NCBI GenBank assembly: GCA_964545475.1
Contig: CAZJGG010000008.1
Coordinates: 666-64,665, forward strand
Source of the DNA: an uncultured Eubacteriales bacterium
GTDB lineage: Bacteria; Bacillota; Clostridia; Lachnospirales; JAISER01
Length of the DNA stretch: 64,000 nucleotides
Direction of reading: 5' to 3'
The notes beneath the pieces were generated by a model, which saw nothing but the letters and a program-made list of their open reading frames with translations, searched no databases and was not told the origin of the DNA. Positions 44,964-55,859 of this stretch are shown here, one piece after another. Every line of letters starts with the position of its first letter. The first letter of the stretch is position 1. Position numbers and translations under genes: made by a program.

Positions 44964-46601
44964 TTAATTGGCGTTATACCTAGCTAAAGCACCATTATAA
45001 ATATCAAGTACCTTTTGAATACCCATTTCATTTAATTTTGCCATATAGTTATCAAAATCGGATATTGGCTTTTTACCAAGAACAAACGCATCTAGCCATT
45101 CATCTTTATATGTATTAATTTCAGACATAATAGGCGTAATAGTGTCTTGTTCTTCTTTTGTAAATTTAAGTTTAGGCATTCCTTCAATTATGTATGGAAC
45201 ATATTCTTTACGAATTTTCTTAACTTCGTCTGAAATAAATGCGTTTTCGTAAACTTCGCTTTGTTGATAAGGGAAGTCTATTGCCATACCGTTTTTGCGA
45301 AGCATATCAGCCGGAGCTTTGCCTTCTGGATCTTTGAGGATCACGTCTGTATACTGAATGCTATCGCCGCTTCCAGTGTAAGTTTCACCATCTGAACCGA
45401 AGTTTAGCAAATTCATGCCTTCTTCGCTGTAAATAAAGTCAAACATTTTAATAATTTCTTTTTTGTATTTAGAGTTTACAGAAATAGCAGTTGCACCAGT
45501 TTCACGAACTTTCGCTAACTGTCTTCTTGTTTGTGGCTTGCCGGAAGGCCCAACAGGAGGAAGAAGTCCGATAAGTTGTGCGTTAGGGTCTTCTTTTTGT
45601 AAAACAGCATTAAATCTGTCTATTCTTGAGGAGTAGCCGATGGTAATACCTGATTGCCCAGTTGTCATACGGCTTTCCCAAATTGGTGTATCAACTGTTA
45701 AATATTCAGGGTCAAGCAATTTTTCAGTGTAAAGCATGTTTGCAAATTCTAAATATTCTTTCATGCGAGAGTCAGCCGGACCGTATTTAATTTCTCCGTC
45801 TTCATAGAAGAACTCGTTATCTACGCCGCAATCTATGCCGAAAGCCTCAAAAAGGTTTGCGCCTGCAAATTTGTTTGTAAATGTGTAAGGTATTTCGTCT
45901 TTTTGACCATTTCCGTTCATATCATTGTCACGGAAAGCTTTCATTACAGATACCCAGTCATCAGTTGTTTTAGGTTCTGATAAACCAAGCTTTTCAAGCC
46001 AGTCTTTACGTATCATATATGTAAGTTCGTTTGGAATGGCTGCAATTTGAGGTAATATATAAACCTTTCCGTCGTTAAATGTAACATCTTTCTTTATTAT
46101 TGGGTTTTCATCAAATATTTTTTGAAGAGATGGAGCATTTTCTGCAATTAAATCTCCAAGCGGAGCGTAAGCGCCTTTTTCCACATATGGAGAAAGCCCT
46201 GAATAAGTGTGAATAATCAAGTCCGGCACGTTAGATGGTGAGGACATCATAATATTAAATGAATCTTTGTAACCATCCCAAGGTACTGTTTGCCATTTAA
46301 AGCGAATATTTGTCTTTTCCTCAATTGTTTTAATTACGAGCATGTCGTTTCCAATTGGGTAATCTGTTCTGTCTCTAAAGAACACGGTAATTTCCACAGG
46401 ATTATCAGAAACATACCATTTTTTAGATTCATCAACAGGTTGCTCCTCTGCGCTTGCCTGATTGTTTGAATCCCCTGAAGTTTGGCTTTCAGTTTGATGC
46501 TGAGGTGCGGATGATGATGCACTATCCGCAGGTTTTGAACATCCGCTTAATAAGCCTGATAAAATGCAGCTTGCAAGTAAAAGTGATATTAGCTTTTTCA
46601 T
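44964..46601 (-). CDS. Extracellular solute-binding lipoprotein (LplA-like, ABC family 1)
   Basis: It has a signal peptide with lipobox LLSGC-S, a Ser/Gln-rich linker and a 545-aa SBP-like body. Confidence 0.85.
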   Translation of the reverse strand: MKKLISLLLASCILSGLLSGCSKPADSASSSAPQHQTESQTSGDSNNQASAEEQPVDESKKWYVSDNPVEITVFFRDRTDYPIGNDMLVIKTIEEKTNIRFKWQTVPWDGYKDSFNIMMSSPSNVPDLIIHTYSGLSPYVEKGAYAPLGDLIAENAPSLQKIFDENPIIKKDVTFNDGKVYILPQIAAIPNELTYMIRKDWLEKLGLSEPKTTDDWVSVMKAFRDNDMNGNGQKDEIPYTFTNKFAGANLFEAFGIDCGVDNEFFYEDGEIKYGPADSRMKEYLEFANMLYTEKLLDPEYLTVDTPIWESRMTTGQSGITIGYSSRIDRFNAVLQKEDPNAQLIGLLPPVGPSGKPQTRRQLAKVRETGATAISVNSKYKKEIIKMFDFIYSEEGMNLLNFGSDGETYTGSGDSIQYTDVILKDPEGKAPADMLRKNGMAIDFPYQQSEVYENAFISDEVKKIRKEYVPYIIEGMPKLKFTKEEQDTITPIMSEINTYKDEWLDAFVLGKKPISDFDNYMAKLNEMGIQKVLDIYNGALARYNAN

Positions 46602-46673
46602 TTTAATTTCCTCCTATTTTTAAAGTTGGTTGAGTACGCAGCAATGAAACTTCTTCGGACTCAAGTTAAAATA

Positions 46674-47537
46674 TTATCCCTTTTCCGCTCCAACCATCAT
46701 GCCCTTAACAAGATATTTCTGCATAAATGGGTAAGCAACAACCATTGGAAGAATTGAGATAACTATAGCGGCATATTTTAAACCTTCCCTGCCTGCTGAG
46801 GCGCTGCCCAGCATTTCGGAAGTATTGCCCAAAATAACTAAATCCCGTAGCACTAATTGCAAAGGCCACAGATTTTTGTCTCTTAAGTATAACATTGCTG
46901 GCAAATATGCGTTCCAATGATATACCACATAGAACAAAGCGATAGTAACTAAAGACGGTATGGAGCATGGCAAAAATATTTTAAACAGCACGGCTATATC
47001 GTTTGCGCCGTCAATTTTTGCAGCTTCCTCAATACTATCTGGTAATTGCTCAAAAAATGTTTTCATAACAATCATGTTATAAGTTGTTATGGCCATTGGT
47101 AAGAGCATTGCCCATACTGTGTTATAAATCTTTAATTTATCTACTAACAAAAAGTTAGGTATCATACCGGCATTAAACCAAATAGTTGCAGCGGTAAAGA
47201 TTGTAAAAAACTTTTTACCGAAAAACTGTTTTCTGGATAACACATATGCGCCGAACACAGTTAAAACCATATTAATGGAAACACCTGCAACCGTATAAAA
47301 AATGGTGTTTGCATACGCCCGCCAAATTATTTTATATTGCATTAAGCGTTCATAGGCATCTGTTTGAAAGCCATAAGGAATTAAGTTTACTTTTCCTTGT
47401 ATTAAAAAGTCATCTCCTGTAAATGAAGCCGCCAATACATAAGCCAGCGGATAAAGTGTTGCTGCTGCAACTGCTAATAATATAATAGCGTTAAAACTCA
47501 TAAATATTTTGCGGCTTTTAGAATTTTCTCCTATCAC
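46674..47537 (-). CDS. Carbohydrate ABC transporter permease (LplC-like)
   Basis: It has six predicted TM segments and an EAA-type loop (EAAKIDGANDIAVLFKIFLP). Confidence 0.88.
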   Translation of the reverse strand: MIGENSKSRKIFMSFNAIILLAVAAATLYPLAYVLAASFTGDDFLIQGKVNLIPYGFQTDAYERLMQYKIIWRAYANTIFYTVAGVSINMVLTVFGAYVLSRKQFFGKKFFTIFTAATIWFNAGMIPNFLLVDKLKIYNTVWAMLLPMAITTYNMIVMKTFFEQLPDSIEEAAKIDGANDIAVLFKIFLPCSIPSLVTIALFYVVYHWNAYLPAMLYLRDKNLWPLQLVLRDLVILGNTSEMLGSASAGREGLKYAAIVISILPMVVAYPFMQKYLVKGMMVGAEKG

Positions 47538-47549
47538 TATTTTCCCTCC

Positions 47550-48497
47550 TTACCACATACTTCTGCCGGTAAATTTCTTGCTTAACCTATTTGTGACCAT
47601 AACAAGAATTAAAGACAATGCCGCCTGAAACAAACCAATTGCAGTAGCGTAGCTGTAATTTCCTTCGCTAATACCGATTCTGTAAACAAATGTTCCTATA
47701 ACATCGGCTGTTTCATATAGCTGGGAGTTATACATAAGAAGTATAGCCTCGTAGCCTAAATTAAATATTTGGCCGGATTTAATAATAAACAAAACAATAA
47801 TTGTTGGAGCTATGCAAGGAAGCGTAACAACCATCATTTGCTTAAAGCGCCCGGCGCCGTCTACAACTGCTGCTTCGTACAATTGAGGGTCTACCGCTGT
47901 TAAGGCCGATAAATAAATGATAGAACTCCAACCTAGCTCTCTCCATATATTCATGCCGGTAAACAATCCCCAAAAATATTTCGGCTCTGTTAAGAAATAA
48001 ACGCTGTCCATACCAATGCTTTGTCTTACTAAGTTAAACAATCCCGTGTTGGGCTGTAGAAATTGCATATATATACTTACAATAACTACCAGAGATATAA
48101 AATGGGGTATGTATCCTATAGTTGATACCATTTTTTTAAACTTGGGGCTTGTAACCTCATTTAAAAGCAATGCGAAAATAACTGGCGCACTGAATGTAAA
48201 TGTTAAGTCGAAAAGACCAATCATCAATGTGTTACGCATAACCCTCCAAAATGAATTTGAAGATAGAAACTGCTTAAAATAATCAAAGCCTACCCACGAA
48301 CTTTCCCAAATACCAACGTATGGGTTATAATCTTTAAAAGCTATAATTGTCCATAACATTGGGACATAGCGGAAAACTACGTAATAAATTAATACTGGCA
48401 AAAACATTAAATAAAGGTATTTGTTCTCATTTATTATTCGTTTTATAGAACCCCTGGTTTTTGAATATGCTTTTCTGCCAGCCCCTGCGGTATCCAT
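47550..48497 (-). CDS. Carbohydrate ABC transporter permease (LplB-like)
   Basis: GAGGTG lies 6 nt before ATG 48497. It has an EAA loop (EAAVVDGAGRFKQMMVVTLP). Confidence 0.85.
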   Translation of the reverse strand: MDTAGAGRKAYSKTRGSIKRIINENKYLYLMFLPVLIYYVVFRYVPMLWTIIAFKDYNPYVGIWESSWVGFDYFKQFLSSNSFWRVMRNTLMIGLFDLTFTFSAPVIFALLLNEVTSPKFKKMVSTIGYIPHFISLVVIVSIYMQFLQPNTGLFNLVRQSIGMDSVYFLTEPKYFWGLFTGMNIWRELGWSSIIYLSALTAVDPQLYEAAVVDGAGRFKQMMVVTLPCIAPTIIVLFIIKSGQIFNLGYEAILLMYNSQLYETADVIGTFVYRIGISEGNYSYATAIGLFQAALSLILVMVTNRLSKKFTGRSMW

Positions 48498-48720
48498 TTC
48501 CATCACCTCACTATTTTTGTTGTATTGTAAAATGAGAAAGCATATTTGGCAATATTCATTTTTTTTCAATAAGGTTATTCAAACTAAAACGCTTTCAAAT
48601 AAAGATTTAGAAGAATCTTCAAAAATTAACAATATTTTTATCAATAAACATTTTTATTGTATACGTGTTAAAAATTTGTTAATATAGGCTAATAGAAACA
48701 AAAATTTTGGAGGATATCTT

Positions 48721-50985
48721 ATGTTTCTTTCGTTCATAAAAAAAAGTGTGTTTTGGATAAAAAGGAACTCGTTTTTTCTAAAGCTATCATTTTCATTTTT
48801 TTCATTAATAGTATTTGTTATCATTAGTTTTCAAATTTTTGCAAGTAACTACATACTAAACGTAATGAAAGAAATGGTAACTAAATCTCGCATTGATACC
48901 TTGGAAAAGGTGAAAAATATTTTTGAACAGCAATATTCAAACTTAAACGATATAACTAAACAGCTTACTCTTGATAATAATGTTTTGTCCGCCTCATATT
49001 TTGACAGTAAAATGGGCTCAGATGAACTTCTGACATATCAGAATATTATAAATCAATTAAAATCCCTGAATTTTACCAATCAGTATGTTCAAAACATATC
49101 AATATATTTTCACAAGTCGAAAAATGTATTGACACAAAGTGGTAAGTATAGTGATAAATTTTTCTTTGATACCCATTCGGATATGATACAGGAGGTTTAT
49201 CAAGAAGATATAGACAGAATTTACCCATTTAGCTTTCGTTGCAGAGAGGAAAACGAGATTGTTTTTTCCGCTCCTTTGCCCCTTTATTCGGCTTATCCTA
49301 AGGCAAGCGTATATATTGGAGTAAAACCTGAACTTTTTGACAGCCTTATTCAAGATGCAAAACAGGGTGTACAATGTTATTCGCTTATAATTGACCCAAA
49401 CGAAAATATTGTATCTGAATACAGCTCTTTTCAAGACTTGGAAACTATCGAACAAGTTAAACAGTTAATATTATCAAAAAGCGAAGATGAATCTATTGAA
49501 GATTTAAAAAGCAAACTCCGAAGTATAGGGTTTGAATCGGATTACATATATTCGGATTTGACCCACTATAGCTTTGTATCAGTGTTTCCTGTAAGCTATA
49601 TATCTGAAAAGTTGTCTCTTTATGTTAAGGCTAGCAGAATTACGACAATTACCATATTAGTAATAAGCTTGTTATACTCACTTTTTATAATTAAAAAAAT
49701 ATATAAGCCAATAAAAGAGCTTGTTAACTACATAAATATTTGTTCGGATAAAAATGCATTTTCTATAGATGAAATAGATTTTATAAACTTTTTTATTCGA
49801 TCTATATTACAACAAAATGATAAGCTAAAGCAAAGCCAGTATATGGCAAAACAGAGAATACTTAGTGATACTCTTAAAGGAAATATTAGTTCTGCCCGTT
49901 TTTTTAAGGAATACAATTTTCAATATTTTAATAATGATTTCAGATATAAATATTATTTTGTTATAACGATTCAGTCATTAAATATATTGAAAGACATTGT
50001 TATACAAACCCTTCATAAGCAGTTTGAATCTGTAGAAAACTTTTCCTGCCATATTGCGGAGCAGGATTCTCATACGGTTTGCATAATTTTAAATTTTGAA
50101 ATAATTGATAACATTTCAACAAATATAAATACAATTGCAGAATATTTAAAAATTATGTTGGGAGAGGATTCGGATTATGCTATCGGTGTTGGAAACTGCT
50201 ATGAAGGATTTGATTACCTTGCAAAATCCTTTGAAGAGTCTTTGTATGCTGTTCAAAATAGGGTTTTTAGAAGCAGAGGAAGTGTAATTTATGTAGATGA
50301 GGTTAGAGAATATTCACATTTCGGGCTTAACGTTTCACAAATACATGAAACAAAGCTTATTAACGCTGTTAAGTCTGGCAATTTTCAAGCCATTAAACCG
50401 CATTTTGATGAAATATTTAGCGTTTTTGATTCCAATAGCAACAGCTATTATTCTATCGAGGGTATAACAGCGTTTTTTTATAAGCTTCTTAACATTATTG
50501 TAAATTGCCTCTACGACATGAATGTTGATGAATTTGATATACCTATATTTAAAGATAATATTTACAAAAAGCTTGAGAGAGGGAAAAATCTTGAGCAGAA
50601 GCAAGAGATACTTATAGAATTTGCCGAAAGTGCGGCAAAGATTATTGCCAATAAGGAAACTAACAATACACAAGTGATTTACGACAAAATGGTTGAATAT
50701 ATCAAAGCCAACTACACTAATGACATTTCTCTAAAATCATTAAGTGACCTTCTAAATTATTCAATACCGTATCTTAGCTTTATTTTTAAACAGGTATCCG
50801 GGGAGCTTTTTGTTGATTTTGTTAATCAATATAGAATTTCCAAAGCAAAGGAGCTTATGAAATCTACAGATGAGCCTATTTCTTCTATTGCATTGGGAAT
50901 AGGTTTTACAAGCGCAAATAATTTTATTAGAGTATTTAAAAAATACGAAGGAATTACACCAGGTTTATATAGAAAAAATAAATAA
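48721..50985 (+). CDS. Membrane-bound AraC family transcriptional regulator with an extracytoplasmic sensor region (YtdP-like)
   Basis: It has two TM segments (around aa 20-40 and 305-325) flanking a ~270-aa external domain, and a C-terminal double HTH (SIALGIGFTSANNFIRVFKKYEGITPGLYR). Confidence 0.8.
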   Translation: MFLSFIKKSVFWIKRNSFFLKLSFSFFSLIVFVIISFQIFASNYILNVMKEMVTKSRIDTLEKVKNIFEQQYSNLNDITKQLTLDNNVLSASYFDSKMGSDELLTYQNIINQLKSLNFTNQYVQNISIYFHKSKNVLTQSGKYSDKFFFDTHSDMIQEVYQEDIDRIYPFSFRCREENEIVFSAPLPLYSAYPKASVYIGVKPELFDSLIQDAKQGVQCYSLIIDPNENIVSEYSSFQDLETIEQVKQLILSKSEDESIEDLKSKLRSIGFESDYIYSDLTHYSFVSVFPVSYISEKLSLYVKASRITTITILVISLLYSLFIIKKIYKPIKELVNYINICSDKNAFSIDEIDFINFFIRSILQQNDKLKQSQYMAKQRILSDTLKGNISSARFFKEYNFQYFNNDFRYKYYFVITIQSLNILKDIVIQTLHKQFESVENFSCHIAEQDSHTVCIILNFEIIDNISTNINTIAEYLKIMLGEDSDYAIGVGNCYEGFDYLAKSFEESLYAVQNRVFRSRGSVIYVDEVREYSHFGLNVSQIHETKLINAVKSGNFQAIKPHFDEIFSVFDSNSNSYYSIEGITAFFYKLLNIIVNCLYDMNVDEFDIPIFKDNIYKKLERGKNLEQKQEILIEFAESAAKIIANKETNNTQVIYDKMVEYIKANYTNDISLKSLSDLLNYSIPYLSFIFKQVSGELFVDFVNQYRISKAKELMKSTDEPISSIALGIGFTSANNFIRVFKKYEGITPGLYRKNK

Positions 50986-51001
50986 GATGAGTTATCAGGG
51001 A

Positions 51002-51032
51002 TAGCAGGAGGAAATTGCCCTCCTGCTTTTTT
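51002..51032. terminator. Terminator between convergent AraC-family genes
   Basis: An AGCAGGAGG-aaattgc-CCTCCTGCT stem is followed by TTTTTT. Confidence 0.8.
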
Positions 51033-51051
51033 GTTAGAAGCTGATATATAG

Positions 51052-51942
51052 CTATTTGTGATTATTCAACACGCCCCTATCAGGTATAAAAACCGAATAA
51101 TATTCCTTTGGCGAAATGCCATATTCACTTTTAAATGCCCTAAAAAACGATGTATAATCGCAAAAACCGCAATTTTCCCAAGCCTTATTAATCGGAACAC
51201 CAGATGTAATGTTGTTTTTTGCCATAACGACACGTTGTTGTAATATATATTTATACATGGGTATGCCAACTTGTTCAGTAAAGAAATGGGCGATTTTAGA
51301 TTTGCTCACCAAAAAATTTTTGGCTACAGTATCAAGGGTTAGTTTTTCGTTTAAATGACCATGGATATATGACAAAATGTCTGAAAGCAAGAAATCACTT
51401 TGGGTATTTACATTAATAACGCCTGACTGATCAATAATTTTACGGCTAATCTCCACAATAAGTTCAGCAATTAATGAGTTTATATAAATATTAAAAAAGG
51501 GCTTCTTATTTGTGTTTTCATCAATAATCCGTATAAGGCTTTGATAAAAGCCTTGCCACGTACCATTATCGTTTCTTACTAGAAAACAACCATTGTTTTG
51601 TTTTATCAATTCTTCCATACTCAAGCTTTTGTCTGAAAAGCAAACGTTTTGCCACCATTTTGTTGAAATCCATAAAACAATACGCCTGTATGGCAGAGTT
51701 TTTTCATTCTTTTTTTGAACAGGCTGGTGAATAACGTTTGGCGGAATTAAAAGCAAGTCTCCCTGCTTTAACGAATACACCAAGCCCCCAATAATATAAT
51801 CAGTTGAGCCGCCCATATACAAATATATTTCATAAAAATCATGGTGGTGGGCACCGATATTTGTGGGTGATGAATCAAAATAAGAAAAAACTTCAAAATC
51901 ATCTCTAAGCATTTTTTGTCTTGAATTAAACTTTGAATACAT
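51052..51942 (-). CDS. AraC family transcriptional regulator (cupin sensor plus HTH)
   Basis: GAGGTG precedes ATG 51942. It has a cupin-like N-terminus (HHHDFYEIYLY) and a C-terminal AraC HTH (CGFCDYTSFFRAFKSEYGISPKEY). It is divergent from uxuA. Confidence 0.85.
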   Translation of the reverse strand: MYSKFNSRQKMLRDDFEVFSYFDSSPTNIGAHHHDFYEIYLYMGGSTDYIIGGLVYSLKQGDLLLIPPNVIHQPVQKKNEKTLPYRRIVLWISTKWWQNVCFSDKSLSMEELIKQNNGCFLVRNDNGTWQGFYQSLIRIIDENTNKKPFFNIYINSLIAELIVEISRKIIDQSGVINVNTQSDFLLSDILSYIHGHLNEKLTLDTVAKNFLVSKSKIAHFFTEQVGIPMYKYILQQRVVMAKNNITSGVPINKAWENCGFCDYTSFFRAFKSEYGISPKEYYSVFIPDRGVLNNHK

Positions 51943-52078
51943 ATAAAACACCTCGCCAATTTGCAAGATTCGCAATGTAATCTACAAGAATTACAATGTT
52001 AATTATAAAATATTTAAGTATAATGTCAATATATAATAAAGTAAAATAAATTACTATCAAGAAATGGAGGAATATTTA

Positions 52079-53128
52079 ATGAAATTATCATTTAGGCATT
52101 ACAACGACAGTGACCCTATACCGTTGTCCTACATTAGGCAAATACCCAACATGCATTCTATTGTTTCCGCTGTATACGACACCCCAGTAGGCACTGTTTG
52201 GGGCGAGGAAAGCATTGTTAAAATAAAACAAAGTGTTGAATCAGTAGGTTTGGTTTTTGATATTGTGGAGAGCGTGCCTGTTCACGAGGACATTAAACTT
52301 GGCAAACCTTCACGGGCTGAATATTTGGAAAATTATAAAGAAAATATTCGCAGATTGGCAAAACATGGAGTTAAATGCATATGTTATAACTTTATGCCTG
52401 TTTTCGACTGGACAAGAACCCAGCTTGACCGTGTTCTTGCAGACGGCTCAACGGCACTTGTGTATTACAAAGACCAGCTTGAAAAAATGAATCCGCTTAC
52501 AGGTGAACTTTCTTTGCCGGGATGGGATAGTAGTTATAAAAAAGAAGATTTAGCAAAATTGTTTGATGAGTATAAAGGGGTAAACGAAGAAAAACTTTGG
52601 GAAAATTTAGAATACTTCCTTAAAGAAATAATCCCTGTTGCCGAGGAATGCGACGTTAAAATGGCGATACACCCAGATGATCCGCCGTACCCAATTTTTG
52701 GATTACCAAGAATTATTACATGTGAAGAAAATCTCGACCGCTTCTTGAAGTTATATGACAGCCCTTACAACGGTTTGACACTTTGCACAGGCTCTTTAGG
52801 GTGTGCGGTTTCAAACGATGTTTTAAGAATGGTTGATAAATATGCGGGAATGAAGCGTATACATTTTATGCATGTGAGAAACGTTCTTTTAATGGAAGAT
52901 GGCAGCTTTGAGGAAAGCGCACATTTCTCACCATGCGGCTCTTTAGATATAGTGGCGATTATGAAGGCACTGCACAAACATGGGTTTGACGGCTACTTGC
53001 GCCCGGACCACGGCCGCATGATTTGGGGAGAAACAGGAAAAGCTGGTTACGGTTTGTATGACAGAGCACTTGGAGCAAGCTATTTAACAGGAATTTGGGA
53101 AACTTTGTGTAAAACTTTAAATGTTTAG
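52079..53128 (+). CDS. uxuA: Mannonate dehydratase
   Basis: GGAGG precedes ATG 52079. [17 protein letters not shown] and [13 protein letters not shown] match UxuA. Confidence 0.88.
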   Translation: MKLSFRHYNDSDPIPLSYIRQIPNMHSIVSAVYDTPVGTVWGEESIVKIKQSVESVGLVFDIVESVPVHEDIKLGKPSRAEYLENYKENIRRLAKHGVKCICYNFMPVFDWTRTQLDRVLADGSTALVYYKDQLEKMNPLTGELSLPGWDSSYKKEDLAKLFDEYKGVNEEKLWENLEYFLKEIIPVAEECDVKMAIHPDDPPYPIFGLPRIITCEENLDRFLKLYDSPYNGLTLCTGSLGCAVSNDVLRMVDKYAGMKRIHFMHVRNVLLMEDGSFEESAHFSPCGSLDIVAIMKALHKHGFDGYLRPDHGRMIWGETGKAGYGLYDRALGASYLTGIWETLCKTLNV

Positions 53129-53148
53129 ATTGATGGGAGGAAATAACT

Positions 53149-53997
53149 ATGGAATTACCTTTTAATATAGATTTGAAAAATAAAGTTGCTGTTGTTACCG
53201 GTGCTGGGGGAGTGCTTTGCTCTATGTTTGCTAATGCTGCTTCTCTGTGCGGTGCAAAAATCGCCCTACTGGATTTAAACCAGGAAGCGGCACAAAGCGT
53301 TGCGGATGAAATTAATGCAAAGGGAGGAACTGCTAAAGCCTATAAAGCTAATGTTCTTGACAGAGAAGACCTTGAAAATGTTCATAAACAAGTTCTTGCA
53401 GACTTAGGCAAATGCGATATTTTAATTAACGGCGCAGGAGGGAACTCTCCGAAAGCCACAACAACTAAAGAATATTATTTTGAAGGAGATATAGACAGCG
53501 ACACAGTAAGCTTTTTCGACCTTGATAAGTCGGGAGTTGAGTTTGTGTTTAACCTTAACTTTATAGGAACGCTATTGCCTACACAGATTTTTGCGGCCGA
53601 TATGTTGGGGCGTGAAGGATGTTCTATTATAAATATAAGCTCTATGAATGCGTTTACGCCGCTAACAAAAATTCCGGCATACAGCGGCGCAAAAGCGGCT
53701 ATTTCTAACTTTACCCAATGGCTTGCAGTTCATTTTTCTAAGCAGAAAATTAGAGTTAACGCCATTGCCCCCGGATTTTTTGTTACTGCCCAAAATGAAA
53801 AGCTTTTGTTTAACCAGGACGGAACTCCTACGGAAAGAACAGGGAAAATCCTTGCGGCAACGCCTATGGGGCGCTTTGGAGAAGGAAAAGAGCTTGTTGG
53901 TACATTGTTATACTTGCTTTCAGATAATGCATCAGGTTTTGTAACAGGTGTTGTTATTCCAGTAGACGGTGGGTTCTCGGCATATAGTGGGGTGTGA
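53149..53997 (+). CDS. uxuB: SDR-type D-mannonate oxidoreductase (fructuronate reductase, YjmF/UxuB-like)
   Basis: It has TGAGGVLC, NGAGGN and YSGAKAA motifs and lies between uxuA and uxaC. Confidence 0.7.
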   Translation: MELPFNIDLKNKVAVVTGAGGVLCSMFANAASLCGAKIALLDLNQEAAQSVADEINAKGGTAKAYKANVLDREDLENVHKQVLADLGKCDILINGAGGNSPKATTTKEYYFEGDIDSDTVSFFDLDKSGVEFVFNLNFIGTLLPTQIFAADMLGREGCSIINISSMNAFTPLTKIPAYSGAKAAISNFTQWLAVHFSKQKIRVNAIAPGFFVTAQNEKLLFNQDGTPTERTGKILAATPMGRFGEGKELVGTLLYLLSDNASGFVTGVVIPVDGGFSAYSGV

Positions 53998-53998
53998 T

Positions 53999-55234
53999 AT
54001 GAAAAAATTCTTAGATAAAGACTTTTTGCTTAAAACAGACACAGCGAAAAAACTGTATAATTACGCTGAAAACTTGCCGATTATTGACTATCACTGCCAT
54101 GTGAACCCTAAGGAAATAGCGGAAGACAAGAAATTTAGTAACATTACAGAGGCTTGGTTGTATGGCGACCATTACAAATGGAGAGCCATGAGGGCATGCG
54201 GGGTGCCGGAAAGCCACGTAACAGGAACAGCTTCTGATTTTGATAAGTTTTATTCATATGCTAAAATTATGCCCCAATTGCTGGGAAATCCTCTTTACCA
54301 TTGGTCACATTTGGAATTGCAAAGATATTTTGGCGTTGATGAAATTTTATCTGAAAAGACTGCTAAAACTATATACGATAAATGCAATGACGTGATTTCA
54401 GAGCTTTCTGTGCAAGAAATTATTAAGCGTTCAAATGTTGAGGTAATATGTACAACAGACGACCCCGACGATACTTTGGAATGGCACAAGGCAATTAAAG
54501 AAAACGGCTTTAAAACAAAAGTTTTACCAACGTTTAGACCTGATAGACTTTTAAAAAATGAACTAGGACTGTCTGAAACTGAACTTTTGAAGCATTTGGA
54601 GAAGCGGTTAGACTATTTTGCTGAAAACGGTTGCAAATTAGCAGACCATGGCATTTCTAGCTTAAACGACACAAAGCTTATAATTGAAGTTGCAAAGCTT
54701 TACAAAGAGCGTAATATCGCTATGCAGCTGCATTTTAATGTTGTAAGAAATGCAAACAGCAAAATGTTTACAAAAATTGGAGCAGATACAGGGTTTGACG
54801 CAATATGCGACAGCGCAAGTGCTCAACCAATAATACATATATTAGACAGCCTTAACTCATGCGGCAAGCTTCCAAAGACTGTGCTTTACTCCCTTAATCC
54901 ATCGGACAACACATCAATCTCAGCATTGAGTGGTTGCTTTGATAATGTAATTCAAGGTAGTGCTTGGTGGTTTAACGATTCTATTAAAGGCATGGTAGAG
55001 CAAATAACAACTATGGCAAGCGTTTACCCTATAGGGCGTTTTCTTGGAATGCTTACAGACAGCAGAAGTTTTCTTTCTTATACAAGGCATGAATATTTTA
55101 GGCGTTTGTTTTGCAATATTGTTGGGGAGCTTGTGGAAAACGGCGAATACCCCAATGATTGGGATTGCCTAACAGCATTGGTAAAAGGTGTATTTTACGC
55201 AAACTCAAAAGATTTTTTTGAATTCGGAGGTTAA
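53999..55234 (+). CDS. uxaC: Glucuronate isomerase
   Basis: FLLKTDTAKKLYNYAENLPIIDYHCH..P and GDHYKWRAMRACGV match UxaC. Its start lies 1 nt after the upstream stop. Confidence 0.88.
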   Translation: MKKFLDKDFLLKTDTAKKLYNYAENLPIIDYHCHVNPKEIAEDKKFSNITEAWLYGDHYKWRAMRACGVPESHVTGTASDFDKFYSYAKIMPQLLGNPLYHWSHLELQRYFGVDEILSEKTAKTIYDKCNDVISELSVQEIIKRSNVEVICTTDDPDDTLEWHKAIKENGFKTKVLPTFRPDRLLKNELGLSETELLKHLEKRLDYFAENGCKLADHGISSLNDTKLIIEVAKLYKERNIAMQLHFNVVRNANSKMFTKIGADTGFDAICDSASAQPIIHILDSLNSCGKLPKTVLYSLNPSDNTSISALSGCFDNVIQGSAWWFNDSIKGMVEQITTMASVYPIGRFLGMLTDSRSFLSYTRHEYFRRLFCNIVGELVENGEYPNDWDCLTALVKGVFYANSKDFFEFGG

Positions 55235-55235
55235 G

Positions 55236-55859
55236 ATGAGTGAAATAATGAAAAAACTAGGTGAAACAGGTATAATTCCAGTTATAAAAATAGATGATGC
55301 AAATACGGCACTTCCTTTAACTGAAGCGATGATAAATGGTGGCATTTGCTGCGCAGAGGTAACATTTCGCACAGATGCCGCCGAAGAAAGCATTGCTCTA
55401 ATTGCCAAAAATTTACCAAATGTTTTGTTGGGGGCGGGAACGGTGCTTTCAGCCGAACAGGTAGACAAAGCGGTTAGCGCAGGGGCAAGCTTTATTGTTT
55501 CTCCCGGAATTAACCGTAAAGTCGTTGAATATTGTTTATCAAAAAATATACCAATCATTCCAGGGTGTATCACTCCAACAGAAATAGAAATTGCTTTAGA
55601 GTATGGGCTTGAAACAGTTAAGTTTTTTCCGGCTGAACAGGCAGGGGGATTAGGCATGATAAAAGCCTTGTCTGCGCCGTATAACAAACTTAATTTTATA
55701 CCAACAGGCGGTATTAACTTAAATAATTTAGCCCAATATTTGAGTTTTAACAAAATAATAGCTTGCGGCGGTTCGTTTATGGTTAATAACGATCTTGATA
55801 AAGTGACGGAGTTATCCAAACAAGCAGTGAAAATTGTTAAGGAGGCTAAAAGCTTATGA
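55236..55859 (+). CDS. eda: 2-dehydro-3-deoxyphosphogluconate (KDPG) aldolase
   Basis: GGAGGT precedes ATG 55236. It has GIIPVIK, CAEVTFRT, GAGTVL, VSPG and KFFPAE motifs. Confidence 0.88.
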   Translation: MSEIMKKLGETGIIPVIKIDDANTALPLTEAMINGGICCAEVTFRTDAAEESIALIAKNLPNVLLGAGTVLSAEQVDKAVSAGASFIVSPGINRKVVEYCLSKNIPIIPGCITPTEIEIALEYGLETVKFFPAEQAGGLGMIKALSAPYNKLNFIPTGGINLNNLAQYLSFNKIIACGGSFMVNNDLDKVTELSKQAVKIVKEAKSL